64,000 nucleotides of DNA. Source: Octopus vulgaris. Lineage: Eukaryota. Under the pieces are notes generated by a model that saw only the letters and a program-made list of their open reading frames with translations, made no database searches and was not told the DNA's origin. The stretch lies in NCBI GenBank assembly GCA_951406725.2, contig OX597825.1:44144001-44208000 (forward strand), read 5' to 3'. Position 1 is the first letter of the stretch, and each line of letters opens with the position of its first letter. This document shows, one piece after another, positions 12,919 through 28,864 of the stretch. Made by a program: the position numbers and the translations under genes.

Positions 12919-13800
12919 ACTCACTCACTCTCCCACTCACTCACTTACTCACTCATTCACTCACTCACTCACTCACTCACTCACTCACTCACTCACCAAC
13001 ACGATCACCACCACCACCACCACCACCACCACCACCACCACCACCACCACCACCACCACCACCACCACCACCACCACCACCACCACCACCACTACCACCA
13101 CCACCACCACCACCACCACCATGCTATCATTCCATACATTGCTATGTGCCCATGGACAGGCGTGTGGGCTTTGCCCATGTGCTGTTTATTGTTCTGTGCC
13201 TGGATGTGTGTCTGAGTAGTCTTGTGTGTGCAATCTGTATGTACATGTATGTGCAGAGTTGATGTGTTTCTATATGCCTGTGTGTGTATATATGTGCTGA
13301 GTGGTGTGTACTGTGTGTACTGATGTGTACATGTGTATATCTGTGTATTGAACCTGTGTGTGTATAATTGTGTGAGTGTATAAGTGTACTTGTCTGCAAA
13401 CATGTGAGACTGTAGGTGTCAATGTACATTTGGATTTGTATGTCTTGTGGTGTGAGTGTGATGGGGCGTGTGTATGTATGTGTATGTGCGTGTGTGTGTG
13501 TGGTGAGGTCTGTGAGCATTGCGTGAGGGTGTGAGGGTGTGAGTGTGTCTGTGGATGTAACTGTGTGCGTGCGTGCGTGTGCTCCATGGTGGCAGTGTTG
13601 ATGTAATCTCTGTATGTGACTGGGTGGATGAATCTTTGTGCTCTGATGGATGTATCCGTGTATATATAGATGCGTTTCTGCATGTGTGTATAGCTGTGTG
13701 TGTGTGTGTCATTGACAGACATACAAACGTGTAGTGTGTGCTGGCGTGTGCCCATGTGTATAATTATTAATGTGTGCGTCTGTATGTCTTCGCATTGATT
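12919..13800. repeat. (CTCA)n, (CAC)n, then degenerate (TG)n low-complexity tract
   Basis: Read directly. Confidence 0.9.
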
Positions 13801-15348
13801 TAAACGTAAGAGTATGCGCTTTTGTTTGTCTGTGCATCTATCTAACTGTTAAAATCTCTTAATATAGCGAAACTCAAATGTAAATCTCCCAACTTAAAAC
13901 CTTATTATCCCACTTGAGGAGTCTTCTATGCACCGTGAGTTGCATCTGGCGTTATTGCATCGTTCCACGCCCACAAGGGAGTAGTGCATCTTGAAGATGA
14001 ACAATTGCGGTAATATAAATTTTGTTGTTGTTACATTCTGTCTTCTCTTTTATCTTTAATGTGTGTGTGTGTGTGTGTGTGTTAGTAACCTCATTATGTC
14101 GTGTAGGAAAGAGAGAGCACGTATGAATTTATATATAGAAACCTTCATATATACATAAACACATAGATACAAGTTTATTATAGGTATGTAGATAAATTTG
14201 AGCGTATATATGCATAACGCACAAACATAGATATAGATATGAATACATATCCAAACAAAAACATATGTACAAGTGTTGTCTTGCGTCCGTCATTGAGTAC
14301 ATACCACGACATAAATTAATCTATATTCATGTCATTGATCTACTCAGGTTATTTCTTTTAGATCCTTGTAATTATGTAGTTGTTTTTAAATATAGTCTAA
14401 TTGGATATTGATCAATAAATTTAAAACCGCACGACCTGAACGAGCCCCAATTATTAAAACCGTTAGTATAGAAAAAATAAATGCAGCTTGAAGAAAAGTA
14501 CGCTAAACAACTTCACATCAACATTTCATTGATCTTTCCAGAACCACAATGCACACTAGCTGAAGGATAATCGGATGCAAGTGAGTACAAACAATAATAG
14601 CCACATTCTACAGAGTGTGGAGAAAATTCAAAAAGAAGAGCACGAAGAAAGAATACAATAGCTGAAACCGTATTTATAATCACAATATAGTAAAAATAGC
14701 GATCTAAGTTTTCTATTCGGAAAGATATCTTATACAACCCATAGAAATAATATAATGCATGAACTTTCCAGAGTATAAAATAAAATGTCTCATAATATTA
14801 GAAATAATTAACCGTATTGGAAAACAAATCGACAGTAATAGATAAACTCTAAGCAGAAGGATATATTGAAATAAAAAAAATCTAAAACATTAACATTTTC
14901 AAATAATCGAAAAGAAAATATAGGAAACAGATTTAGTAAGTAAAGCAACGATTTTATAAATTAGAGAAAACAGTTTGTCACAAAAACCGAACGAATCAAA
15001 CGATTCGTAAAGAGGCGCAGTTCATGTAAAGTAAATATTATTATGAGAATTAAAAGAAAAAAGATTGTGCAGGTAACCAAATTTTGTAAAAATTGCAAGT
15101 AAATGAGGTCCTTGAAAAAGAAAAAAACGCATACTAAAATTCTGATAAGACATTACGTATGGAAGAAGGAAAAGCAGAAACAAAAATTAACTAGTGAAGC
15201 AGCAGAAATGGCGACTGAAACTGGATTAGTAAAGTAACAGGCATGAAATTGCGCAATATGTAATTGTCCCCATAACTACGGTATACTAGCTACAACTAGC
15301 TACTCTACTGTATTCAACCACCATATGAAGCTTTGTGTCTATGTTAAA

Positions 15349-15379
<31 letters not shown>

Positions 15380-15382
<3 letters not shown>

Positions 15383-15518
15383 TAGTTTTATTTTTATTTT
15401 TATAGCGTGCTTTCACTTCACTACCGAGCGCAGCTCTGTGTGCCTTGGGTATGTGCTGTGATTTGTTGTGATGCTCTGATGGTTATTGTATGGAAAGTGT
15501 TCTGCGTAGGATGTGTGC
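15380..15518 (-). mobile_element. Very short 5'-truncated R4/Dong LINE 3' end (family 1) inside (TTA)n
   Basis: Minus strand encodes AHILRRTLSIQ* plus a 3'UTR ending in (AAT)n; nearly identical to 52970-53098. Confidence 0.85.
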
Positions 15519-17475
<1,957 letters not shown>

Positions 17476-17478
<3 letters not shown>

Positions 17479-17753
17479 TAGTTTTATTTTTATAACGTGC
17501 TTTCACTTCATTACCGAGCGCAGCTCTGTGTGCCTTGGGTATGTACTGTGATTTGTTCTGATGCTCTTATGGTTACTGTATTGAAAGTGTTCTGCGTAGG
17601 ATGTATGCAGTGCCTAGAAGTGCAATTTTCTGTATGTTTGAATATTTTTTTATCATACCTAATGCACCTACTATGATAGGAATTGTTTCTGTTTTTAGAT
17701 TCCACATTCGAGTTACCTCTATTTCCAGGTCTTTGTATTTTGAAAGTTTCTCC
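17476..17753 (-). mobile_element. R4/Dong LINE 3' fragment (family 1)
   Basis: EKLSKYKDLEIEVTRMWNLKTETIPIIVGALG..IALLGTAYILRR (REL endonuclease end); flanked by (TTA)n. Confidence 0.85.
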
Positions 17754-17789
<36 letters not shown>

Positions 17790-17790
<1 letters not shown>

Positions 17791-18900
17791 AATGGTTTCC
17801 TTTCATTATAACTTTATTTCAGCTACCTTAGTACCGTGCATCCTCCGGAGGCCACGAGTAGCAAGGGTACTCTTGTTTTGCAATGCATACTAAAATTATC
17901 ACCACATTTATTCCATTTTAGACAGAGAGTGCTTTCCGTAGTACGGAGATTGGAGTTACCAGGGAGTTGCTTAATATACTCCTCAGCTCCCTTTTTTTAT
18001 CATTCTTAACGCACCTATTGCTGCTGGTATTGTCGTAATACTTAGCTTCCACATTTTTGTGATTTCACTTTGCAGATCTTTATAGTGAGAAAGCTTTTCA
18101 TATTCCTTTCTTCAGACATTTTGATCATATGGGACAGACATATCTATTAACAGACAAATTCCTCTGTTGTAGTCCTTGATCACAATGTTTAACCGATTGA
18201 GTCAATTTTCCTGTCTATATTGGGAAGTTCCAAAGGATGGTGACGCCCTCGCCATTTACTACATACTCTGGATGGTGCCTGTACCACTTATCATGGAATT
18301 TAATTTTGGAGTATTTACAAGCATTCCAGTGGATTACTGCCCTATCATGTATTATGAGGTACTCCTTTTCAGCGAGGACTGGGCAGCCAGAAACAAAATG
18401 ATCAATTGTCTCTGCGAATTTTCCACAAATTCCGCACAAGGGGTCAGATCCATCTTTAAAGACGTTTGCAAAGTATTTCTGGTAGGTAAGCTCTGATTTT
18501 ACGCTGCAATGACAAATCCCTCTGTTTCCCCTTTCAGACCTGTCCCTTGTAGCCATTGGTGTGTTAAATTTTTATCAATATGTGGCTTGGACAGGCGGTT
18601 AGGTTATTTTCCATGCAAGAGTTTACCGTTCTAGTTGTCATCGATATTATTCATGCAAGCCTTCTTTGCTTTTTGTTTGACGATTTTTGCATCAGTGATA
18701 GGTTTATCACTATTTGGATCTCTTTTATCTTTTTGATTTTTAATTTCTAAATCAGAAGTAATAGTAGGTCTGTCGGTATTTGGGTGTCTTTGGTCATTCT
18801 TATTATTAACTTATAGGCCAAGGGTTTTTTAAAATTTCTGACAAAACTTCATGGCTGAAGCTTGCTTGGAATCTTCTTATTTCAGTGCAGTTCGTAAGAG
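17790..18900 (-). mobile_element. R4/Dong LINE 3' fragment (family 2) with CCHC knuckle and REL endonuclease
   Basis: CGICGKFAETIDHFVSGC..IHD..VTILWNFPI (18215-18556); KLSHYKDLQSEITKMW; distinct 3'UTR. Confidence 0.85.
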
Positions 18901-19033
18901 CACATCATTATTATTATAAGAACCCATTATTATAAGAGCATTATAAGAGCACATTATTGTAACAGCACATTATTATAACAGCACATTATTATTATTATTG
19001 TTATTGTTGTTATTGTTGTTGATGTTGTTGTTA

Positions 19034-19418
19034 TATGTTTGACTTTTGCTTTGTATTTGTACAAGTTGGCTCCAAGTCTCACCCAGAGTCTTCAAGAGAC
19101 AACAAGTTAGAAGTTCATGATGGTGTTATGTCTAGGATGTCATACATTTGGTTTTGTACATAGTATTGCTCTAGATATTGTTTAAGAAAACATAAGAAAA
19201 TTATGAGTTTGTTTTAAAATTTGAGATTACATAGACAGTATTTTATATAGGATATGGGCAGTTCCCATGAGTACTATCTTTTGACTTTCTATCATTTTGG
19301 GGTTTCGTGGTATCTGAGCTAGGTAGTAATCAACGCTTTGCTATCATTCCTAGTGCACCTATGACAACAGGTATTGTTTTAGTCTTGAGGTTCCACATTT
19401 TTCCAATTTCTATTTCAA
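19034..19418 (-). mobile_element. R4/Dong LINE 3' fragment (family 3)
   Basis: EIEIGKMWNLKTKTIPVVIGALG..IVLMGTAHILYKILSM*; related to 61270-61708. Confidence 0.8.
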
Positions 19419-19441
19419 CTATTATTATTATTATTATTATT

Positions 19442-19984
19442 GAGTGAGAGAGCAGTGAATGCCATCAAAGGGACACTGGGGTAAAATATACAAAGCCCAG
19501 TATACCCATCATGACTACCCATCTGATAAGGGTACACCAGGTACATGCATCACAACCATGTGTGCGAGATATGCTGATCTCATATCAAGATAAACAGCGC
19601 ATGATCATGCAGGTGGGGCCCAGTTAGAATTTTCTTCTGGTTGAGTAGCCCTTCCCACTCAAAAGGTACATGAATAAAGATTGTTTAAGGACGTTGAACG
19701 AACCACCCATGTTTCCAAAGGTGAATTATCCAAACTTCCAAGAATTCCTTTTCAACACACGGCTATGATGCTCCCCACTACTTCTGCTCGTGGTCAGAGA
19801 TGCACATATCGTCAGCTACTGAGGGACATGGCTATCTGGTTAAGGTCAAACAACTGACAAGCAAATCTGTGGTATTGAGCAGAATATTTGCTGTAGCCCA
19901 TCTTTTATACCAAGACAAAACAATATACATGATAATACTTCCAATCAGTTAAGATCAGGAGTCATGAGAGCCACTGTCTGGTAC
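19442..19984 (-). mobile_element. Non-coding TAA-associated element, cut off by the gap
   Basis: Same sequence as 22043-22585. Confidence 0.55.
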
Positions 19985-20084
19985 NNNNNNNNNNNNNNNN
20001 NNNNNNNNNNNNNNNNNNNNNNNNNNNNNNNNNNNNNNNNNNNNNNNNNNNNNNNNNNNNNNNNNNNNNNNNNNNNNNNNNNNN
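19985..20084. other. 100-N scaffold gap
   Basis: Run of N. Confidence 1.
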
Positions 20085-20353
20085 TATTTTTATAACGTGC
20101 TTTCACTTCATTACCGAGCGCAGCTCTGTGTGCCTTGGGTATGTACTGTGATTTGTTGTGATGCTCTTATGGTTACTGTATTGAAAGTGTTCTGCGTAGG
20201 ATGTATGCAGTGCCTAGAAGTGCAATTTTCTGTATGTTTGAATATTTTTTTATCATACCTAATGCACCTACTATGATAGGAATTGTTTCTGTTTTTAGAT
20301 TCCACATTCGAGTTACCTCTATTTCCAGGTCTTTGTATTTTGAAAGTTTCTCC

Positions 20354-20390
<37 letters not shown>

Positions 20391-22585
20391 AATGGTTTCC
20401 TTTCATTATAACTTTATTTCAGCTACCTTAGTACCGTGCATCCTCCGGAGGCCACGAGTAGCAAGGGTACTCTTGTTTTGCAATGCATACTAAAATTATC
20501 ACCACATTTATTCCATTTTAGACAGAGAGTGCTTTCCGTAGTACGGAGATTGGAGTTACCAGGGAGTTGCTTAATATACTCCTCAGCTCCCTTTTTTTAT
20601 CATTCTTAACGCACCTATTGCTGCTGGTATTGTCGTAATACTTAGCTTCCACATTTTTGTGATTTCACTTTGCAGATCTTTATAGTGAGAAAGCTTTTCA
20701 TATTCCTTTCTTCAGACATTTTGATCATATGGGACAGACATATCTATTAACAGACAAATTCCTCTGTTGTAGTCCTTGATCACAATGTTTAACCGATTGG
20801 AGTCAATTTTCCTGTCTATATTGGGAAGTTCCAAAGGATGGTGACGCCCTCGCCATTTACTACATACTCTGGATGGTGCCTGTACCACTTATCATGGAAT
20901 TTAATTTTGGAGTATTTACAAGCATTCCAGTGGATTACTGCCCTATCATGTATTATGAGGTACTCCTTTTCAGCGAGGACTGGGCAGCCAGAAACAAAAT
21001 GATCAATTGTCTCTGCGAATTTTCCACAAATTCCGCACAAGGGGTCAGATCCATCTTTAAAGACGTTTGCAAAGTATTTCTGGTAGGTAAGCTCTGATTT
21101 TACGCTGCAATGACAAATCCCTCTGTTTCCCCTTTCAGACCTGTCCCTTGTAGCCATTGGTGTGTTAAATTTTTATCAATATGTGGCTTGGACAGGCGGT
21201 TAGGTTATTTTCCATGCAAGAGTTTACCGTTCTAGTTGTCATCGATATTATTCATGCAAGCCTTCTTTGCTTTTTGTTTGACGATTTTTGCATCAGTGAT
21301 AGGTTTATCACTATTTGGATCTCTTTTATCTTTTTGATTTTTAATTTCTAAATCAGAAGTAATAGTAGGTCTGTCGGTATTTGGGTGTCTTTGGTCATTC
21401 TTATTATTAACTTATAGGCCAAGGGTTTTTTAAAATTTCTGACAAAACTTCATGGCTGAAGCTTGCTTGGAATCTTCTTATTTCAGTGCAGTTCGTAAGA
21501 GCACATCATTATTATTATCAGAACCCATTATTATAAGAGCATTATAAGAGCACATTATTGTAACAGCACATTATTATAACAGCACATTATTATTATTAGT
21601 GTTATTGTTGTTATTGTTGTTGATGTTGTTGTTATATGTTTGACTTTTGCTTTGTATTTGTACAAGTTGGCTCCAAGTCTCACCCAGAGTCTTCAAGAGA
21701 CAACAAGTTAGAAGTTCATGATGGTGTTATGTCTAGGATGTCATACATTTGGTTTTGTACATAGTATTGCTCTAGAGATTGTTTAAGAAAACATAAGAAA
21801 ATTATGAGTTTGTTTTAAAATTTGAGATTACATAGACAGTATTTTATATAGGATATGGGCAGTTCCCATGAGTACTATCTTTTGACTTTCTATCATTTTG
21901 GGGTTTCGTGGTATCTGAGCTAGGTAGTAATCAACGCTTTGCTATCATTCCTAGTGCACCTATGACAACAGGTATTGTTTTAGTCTTGAGGTTCCACATT
22001 TTTCCAATTTCTATTTCAACTATTATTATTATTATTATTATTGAGTGAGAGAGCAGTGAATGCCATCAAAGGGACACTGGGGTAAAATATACAAAGCCCA
22101 GTATACCCATCATGACTACCCATCTGATAAGGGTACACCAGGTACATGCATCACAACCATGTGTGCGAGATATGCTGATCTCATATCAAGATAAACAGCG
22201 CATGACCTTGCAGGTGGGGCCCAGTTAGAATTTTCTTCTGGTTGAGTAGCCCTTCCCACTCAAAAGGTACATGAATAAGGATTGTTTAAGGACGTTGAAC
22301 GAACCACCCATGTTTCCAAAGGTGAATTATCCAAACTTCCAAGAATTCCTTTTCAACACACGGCTATGATGCTCCCCACTACTTCTGCTCGTGGTCAGAG
22401 ATGCACATATCGTCAGCTACTGAGGGACATGGCTATCTGGTTAAGGTCAAACAACTGACAAGCAAATCTGTGGTATTGAGCAGAATATTTGCTGTAGCCC
22501 ATCTTTTATACCAAGACAAAACAATATACATGATAATACTTCCAATCAGTTAAGATCAGGAGTCATGAGAGCCACTGTCTGGTAC
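20085..22585 (+). repeat. Near-identical duplicate of 17485-19984, including Dong families 1-3 and the non-coding element
   Basis: Offset 2600/2601 with only a handful of differences; the gap sits exactly at the junction. Confidence 0.95.
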
Positions 22586-22600
22586 TGTATCAGGGCATTT
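22043..22600 (-). mobile_element. About 560-bp non-coding element flanked by (TAT)n and (CAT)n; putative non-autonomous retroelement
   Basis: Sharp boundaries with trinucleotide tracts, no long ORF, no tRNA head or TIR. Strand inferred from the (AAT)n tail. Confidence 0.5.
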
Positions 22601-22650
22601 TATCATCATCATCATCATCATCATCATCATCGTCATCGACATCGTCATCG

Positions 22651-22723
<73 letters not shown>

Positions 22724-22731
22724 TATTATCA

Positions 22732-22810
<79 letters not shown>
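22601..22810. repeat. (CAT)n/(TAT)n microsatellite
   Basis: Read directly. Confidence 0.95.
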
Positions 22811-22811
<1 letters not shown>

Positions 22812-25300
22812 ATTATTCACTAGTCTTATTTTTATAACGTGCTTTTGCTGTAGCACCGAGCACAGCTCTGTGTGCCTTGGGTATGTGCTGTGCTTTACTG
22901 TGATACTCTCATGATACTCTTATTGTATTGAAAGTGTTTTATGTAAGATGTGTGAATAGTAGTGCTATTTTCTGTATGTTATATATATTTGTTAGTCCTG
23001 GTGTTTTTTTATCATGCCTAATGCACCGACTATGATAGGAATTGTTTCTGCTTTTAGACTCCACATTCGAGTTACCTCTATTTCCAGGTCTTTGTATTTT
23101 GAAAGTTTCTCCATTTCTTTTAGAGAAACGTTTTCATCTCTTGGTATTGATACATCAATTAGGAAGCATTCTTTTTCTTCCTGATCTCTGACAACTATAT
23201 CTGGCCTATTGGCCTTAATTTTTCTGTCTGTGTATATTGGCATATCCCAGAGTATGGTTGCTTTCTCATTTTCTGTGGCCTTTTCTCGTGTGTGCTTACA
23301 CCATCTTTTTTCTGTTGTTATTCCATAGTGTTGGCATAGCTTCCAGTGTATGTAGGTCCCAACTCTGTTGTGTCGGTGAATATATTCCTTCCTAGCCAGG
23401 GCTGGGCAGCCAGAGACAATATGATTTATTGTTTCGTGTCCATCTCCACATATTCTGCAGTTACTTGTGTTTCTTTTCATTATATGTTTTTGGTAATTTC
23501 TGGTGGTTTTGGTCTTGTGCTGCAGTTAAAAATTATTCAGTCTCTCCTTTCAATCTTGAGCTTCTCAGCCATTGCTGGGATTTTGTTTTGTCAATTTCTT
23601 TTGCGTTTAGTTTAGCCCAGTATTTGCCATGAAGGGGCTTTTCTTGCCATCGTTTTATCATGGTCCGTTGCTGGTCTAGTTTTAGTTTGGATTTCATTTG
23701 TTTTATAGCTTTTGTTGTTTCTTTTTCTTCTTCATAGTTGTTAGGTAATATGACTTCTTGTTTGTATTTGTTAGCTTCCTTAAAGACTGAAAACGGTTTT
23801 TTGCTTTGTTCGTGTTTTGTGGCTATTTGTATTAGGTTTTCTTTGCTTCTGAAGCAGGTATTTTTGTAGTCCTATGGTGGTTATTTTGTAATAGTTTTCT
23901 AGCTGTATAAGGCCTCTACCACCTTCTATACATTGTATATATAGCGTTTCTATGTCAGATTTTGAGGGTGCATCATAAATCCTGTCATTATTTTTCTTGC
24001 TTTCCTGTCTATTTTGGTTAGTTCATTTAGTGTCCTGTTGAGGATATTGTAGCTGTAACTTATAACTGGGACGGCTTGTGTGTTGATGCCCATTATCTTG
24101 TTTTTCGCATTGAGCTCTGTTTTCAGTATTAATCTAACTTGTCTATAGTATTCATTTTTAAAATTTTCTCTTTCATTTGTGTTGTATCGTATCCAGTTCA
24201 TTGATTCCTAAATATTTGTATGACTGGCTTTGGTCTAATTCTCTTATTTCACTTGCTTTATTTAGTGTGATGTTGCTACTCTTAACTAGTTTTCCTCTTT
24301 TCAATGTTGCACATTTTTCTAAGCCAAATTTCATATTTATTTCTTTGGTAAATCCATGTACTGTCTGTAGTAATGTTTCCAGCTGTTTATCATTTGTAGC
24401 CTACAGTTTTAGGTCATCCATATATAAGAGTTGGCTGATTGTTTTGCCGTAACAGTTGTATCCGCATCCAGTTCTCTTTAGCATGTCAGATAAAGGTGCC
24501 AGTGCCAAGCAGAAAAGGAGTGGAGAGAGCGTGTGTCTTCTAATGAGGATAGCTTTGGTTTTTATTAGACCCTCTTTTATTTGGAGTTGTTGTACTGTCT
24601 ACCATTTTTTTCATAGAGTGTTTTATGTACTTTATGATTATTGGTGCTACATTGTTCATGACTAGTATTTCTAGGATTCATATGTGGGGGATGCTATCAA
24701 AAGCCCTTGTAGCATCCCTTCTGCTCTTCTGGAAACAGGTTATTTTCTTCCAGATGCATGCTCAATCTCTGCGATATTATTGCAGTAAAGGCTTTGTGAA
24801 TTGTAGGGAGACAAGTTATTGGGTTTGCCGTTTCAGGCATTTTCTCTGGCTCTGCTAGTGTGTCATTAAATTTTTTGTGTGTTCCCGTGAGACATTTTAA
24901 CCAGAAGTTGGGGATCTTTTCGTGTCCAGGTGTCTTCCAGTTGCTTAGTTTTTTCAGTGCCTGGGTGACCTCTTCAGTTGTTATATGGGCCCAGAGTTGT
25001 TCAGGTGCTAAGTTCGTTGTTTTGATAGCCCCAACGTCCGGCCTTTTATTTCGTCGGTCATCATTTTCGTAGGGTACCGGTCCGTTCATTTCTAGTGTTG
25101 AATTGTTTTGCACGTGTAGTTTTTCGTACTTTTTGTGTAACAAGTTTAAAATACGTACTTCCTGATTGTTATTCTTGTGTTGAATAATACCGGTATTATT
25201 TAATTTATTTGCAACTTTTTTGTATATGGTGTTTGGGGACGGAGATGGTCCAGTGTTAATGGATCGTAATGTATCAAGCGTGTTTACATGTGCTGTGTGA
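22811..25300 (-). mobile_element. Longest R4/Dong copy (family 1-like): RT, CCHC knuckle and REL endonuclease, internally deleted
   Basis: CRICGDGHETINHIVSGC..RHN..ANRPDIVV..IDVSIP..KLSKYKDL (22992-23480); LLYMDDLKL (about 24405-24430); LKTELNAKNKI; NWKTPGHEKIPNFWLK..PITCLPT. Confidence 0.92.
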
Positions 25301-25499
25301 GCAGTGGAGATGATATCCAGTTAAAAATACATCATTTCATTTGGAAAATAGAAATAAATTTCAATGAGTATTACTTATCCGGATATAGTCCAACCCTTTG
25401 TTAGCTATTTTTGGCTCCATGCGATGTCTTTATTTCCGATGTTTTTGGATAGATTTCGGAGCAGTGTTTTATATCGCTCTCACATGTTAAACGTTCCTG

Positions 25500-26038
<539 letters not shown>

Positions 26039-26044
26039 CTGGCA

Positions 26045-26404
26045 CGCCATCGGTCAATACGACGAGGCTTTACAGTTGATCCGACCAACAGAACAGTCTG
26101 CTCACGAAATTAACGCTCATGTGTACACTTAACTTAGTCCCCAAGGAGATTGAGCGTGATACAGAGTGTGACAAGGCCGATCTTTTGAAATACAGGTACT
26201 ACTCGTTTTTGTCGGCTGAGTGACTTACAATAAATTGTTCTGGTTCGTTACATACTCTGTTTAGATCCCACCGATATCAGCTTTGCCTTTCGTTACTCCT
26301 GGAACGGTAACATAAAGTATCAGTCAATACTAGGATTGTTTTAATTAACTCACTTCTTACTCTCAAAATTGCTGGTCTTGTGACTAAATGGGAAACAATT
26401 ATTG
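26045..26404. mobile_element. Two adjacent degenerate SINE fragments (family B on minus, family A 3' part on plus)
   Basis: GATCCGACCAACAGAACAGTCTGCTC..GTGTGACAAGGC segment, then CTTTGCCTTTC..CTCAAAATTGCTGGTCTTGTG..AACAATTATT. Confidence 0.5.
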
Positions 26405-28000
26405 ATTAGCCCTGTTATATTTTGAGTGCTTTCAGTGCATTAATGAGCACTGTTCGGTGTGCTTTGGGTATGTGTGGCGTTTCGTTTCGAATTCATTGCT
26501 TCTACCGTATTGGAAGTACTTTCTGCAATATACGTGAAGTAGTGAGAAGTATTATTTTCTGTCTGTTCTACATATATATAAATTCTGAGGTTTTGGTTAT
26601 GTATTTGCTTATTATTAAGGAAGCTGTAAATATAGGCATCGTTTCTATTTTCTGCCTCAACATTCATGTTATCTCAATTGTCATATCTATATTTGGATAA
26701 TTCCTCCATACAGATATCTTATCACCTGAAGAGACTAAATTAATTAGGAGGTGCTTCTTTCCTTGACGTCTTTGATAACATTATGATAGATTAACCTTGA
26801 CTTTCCTGGCTTCTATGTCATACCCTGAGGCATTTTTATTCTCTGTTGGTTTTTATGTCGACAATAATGACGATATAATTCGAAGTCCCAGCTCTATCAT
26901 TTTGTTTCTGGTTTTGCCTAAAACTAAGCCACATTGTGGATACATGCTTCTTTCTCATTTTTACATGTTCTGAAGTTACTGTAGTCTACTTCAACATATG
27001 CTTTTGGTGGCTTCTGCTGGGAAGGCTTTGCTTCTGTGGCGCAATGAAGATTTCTTTTTTCTCAGTTTTTTTTTCTTTGTCTCCTTCCATCCCGTTCTGT
27101 TGTTTTAGGTATTGACCGTCTAAGTGCTACTTGCCATCGTTTTATCGTAGAATTCTCTATCCCCAGTTTTAGCTTACATTTTAGCCATTTTACAATTTCT
27201 ATTGTTGGTTCCGCTTTTTCTACTGAAGTGTTTGTTATTCAAGATTTTATTTAGTTTTTGTTGACTTCCTTGCAAACGGAAAATGAACTTTAGTTTCTTT
27301 GCGTTTTGTGGAAGGTTCTTTTCTCGATTCTTTGAAGCGTAATGGTTATATAAATTCTCCATTTCTTTACTGTTCTTTGCATTTTTATTGTACTGGGCTG
27401 GGTAGTCAAGGACAAACAAGGCGGTTGGTCTGCTTTTCCCCATTTAGAGGTAGTTGAGTCGGTTTTGTAGTTGCATGTGACCAAAGCAACTTTTTATTGT
27501 CCCATTCTACAACTCGAAGCCAAGTTGCAGAAGCTATTTCTATTAGTTTTTCATTATTCTTTACCTTATATATTTTTGTAGTCTTACAATAGTTATTTTA
27601 CATTACGTTTATAATTACATTATACCAGAATCCAGGACTGAGGAATGCTATTAAAAGCTTCCCAAGTCATGTAGAAACCCTTCTTCCTCTTCATGTAGCA
27701 TTCGGTATACATTTGTTATTAGCATTTGATCTTTGTAGTTAATTAGTCTGTACAGCCTTTCCAGTATTATGCTCTTCTTAAACAAGTTGTTTTCCATGGT
27801 GTTTATTCATTCTCTAATATTGCAGTTTAAAGCTCTGTAGGTTGTAGACGAGCGGATAATTGGTCAGTAGGTTTTTTTTTGTTCTTTGCGTTTTAGTTTT
27901 GAGTATTAAGTACGTCTGGGTGGATGAATAAGTTGCTGCACGATTTGAGTGGTCTGACTGGGTATAAAAAACGGCACGTCTGTTGATGCCATCATGTCAA
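26405..28000 (-). mobile_element. Old, heavily degenerate R4/Dong remnants
   Basis: 3'UTR-like CTGTTCGGTGTGCTTTGGGTATGTG at about 26450; CTTGCCATCGTTTTATC at 27130 matches 23644. Confidence 0.5.
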
Positions 28001-28422
28001 GTGTTTGGTCGTTTGTAACAAAAGTAAAATGGTGAGTTAAGGATCTGCGCTTAAGTCACAAAGTTTTACAAATATAACAACATGAATTATTCGTTATAAT
28101 GTCCTATTACACAAACCTTTTGCCAAATTAATATTAACCAAATTATCATGCACGTTCATATGCACACAGATACAGATATGGAAACACTCTTTCACCCACG
28201 TACACACATACAGCACACGCGTGCTATGGTACACAATATACCATGACATCCCCTAGCATACACTTACAGAATAACTTTGCGCAGTCTTTCGTTCGGTTGC
28301 CTCAGACTCAATGAGTTTCGATTTTCTTCAGTATAAATATCTATTTCTCAAAGTTTCCACTGTAGCTTGACTACGGAAGTTATTCATAAATTATTGTTTT
28401 AATACAATGACTAAGTCTCTTA

Positions 28423-28477
<55 letters not shown>

Positions 28478-28526
28478 ATATATATATATATATATATGAG
28501 AGGGAGAAAATAAAAGAGTTATTGTA

Positions 28527-28611
<85 letters not shown>

Positions 28612-28817
28612 GAGAGATGACTTTCCTTTTGTTACTTGAACTCAAGGCGAAGCTTTTTGTTCTCAGAATCTTATGATGCATATGGTGAGGTTTTTGTGAG
28701 ACAATATACGTCAATGTTGGTTTATCTTAAGGCTGATATGGCATACACACATGTATGCGCGCAGCCACGCACAGACACAAATATACATTCAGTGATATTG
28801 CTATACACACCTAGATA

Positions 28818-28864
<47 letters not shown>

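Noticed and set aside
12913-13755. His/Thr-rich and poly-His ORFs
   Set aside because: They derive from (CAC)n and degenerate (TG)n repeats and are open in several frames.
14542-14580. Possible 39-nt exon (TTTCCAG ... GTGAGT)
   Set aside because: Stops occur in all three frames and no partner exons were found; splice-like motifs arise by chance.
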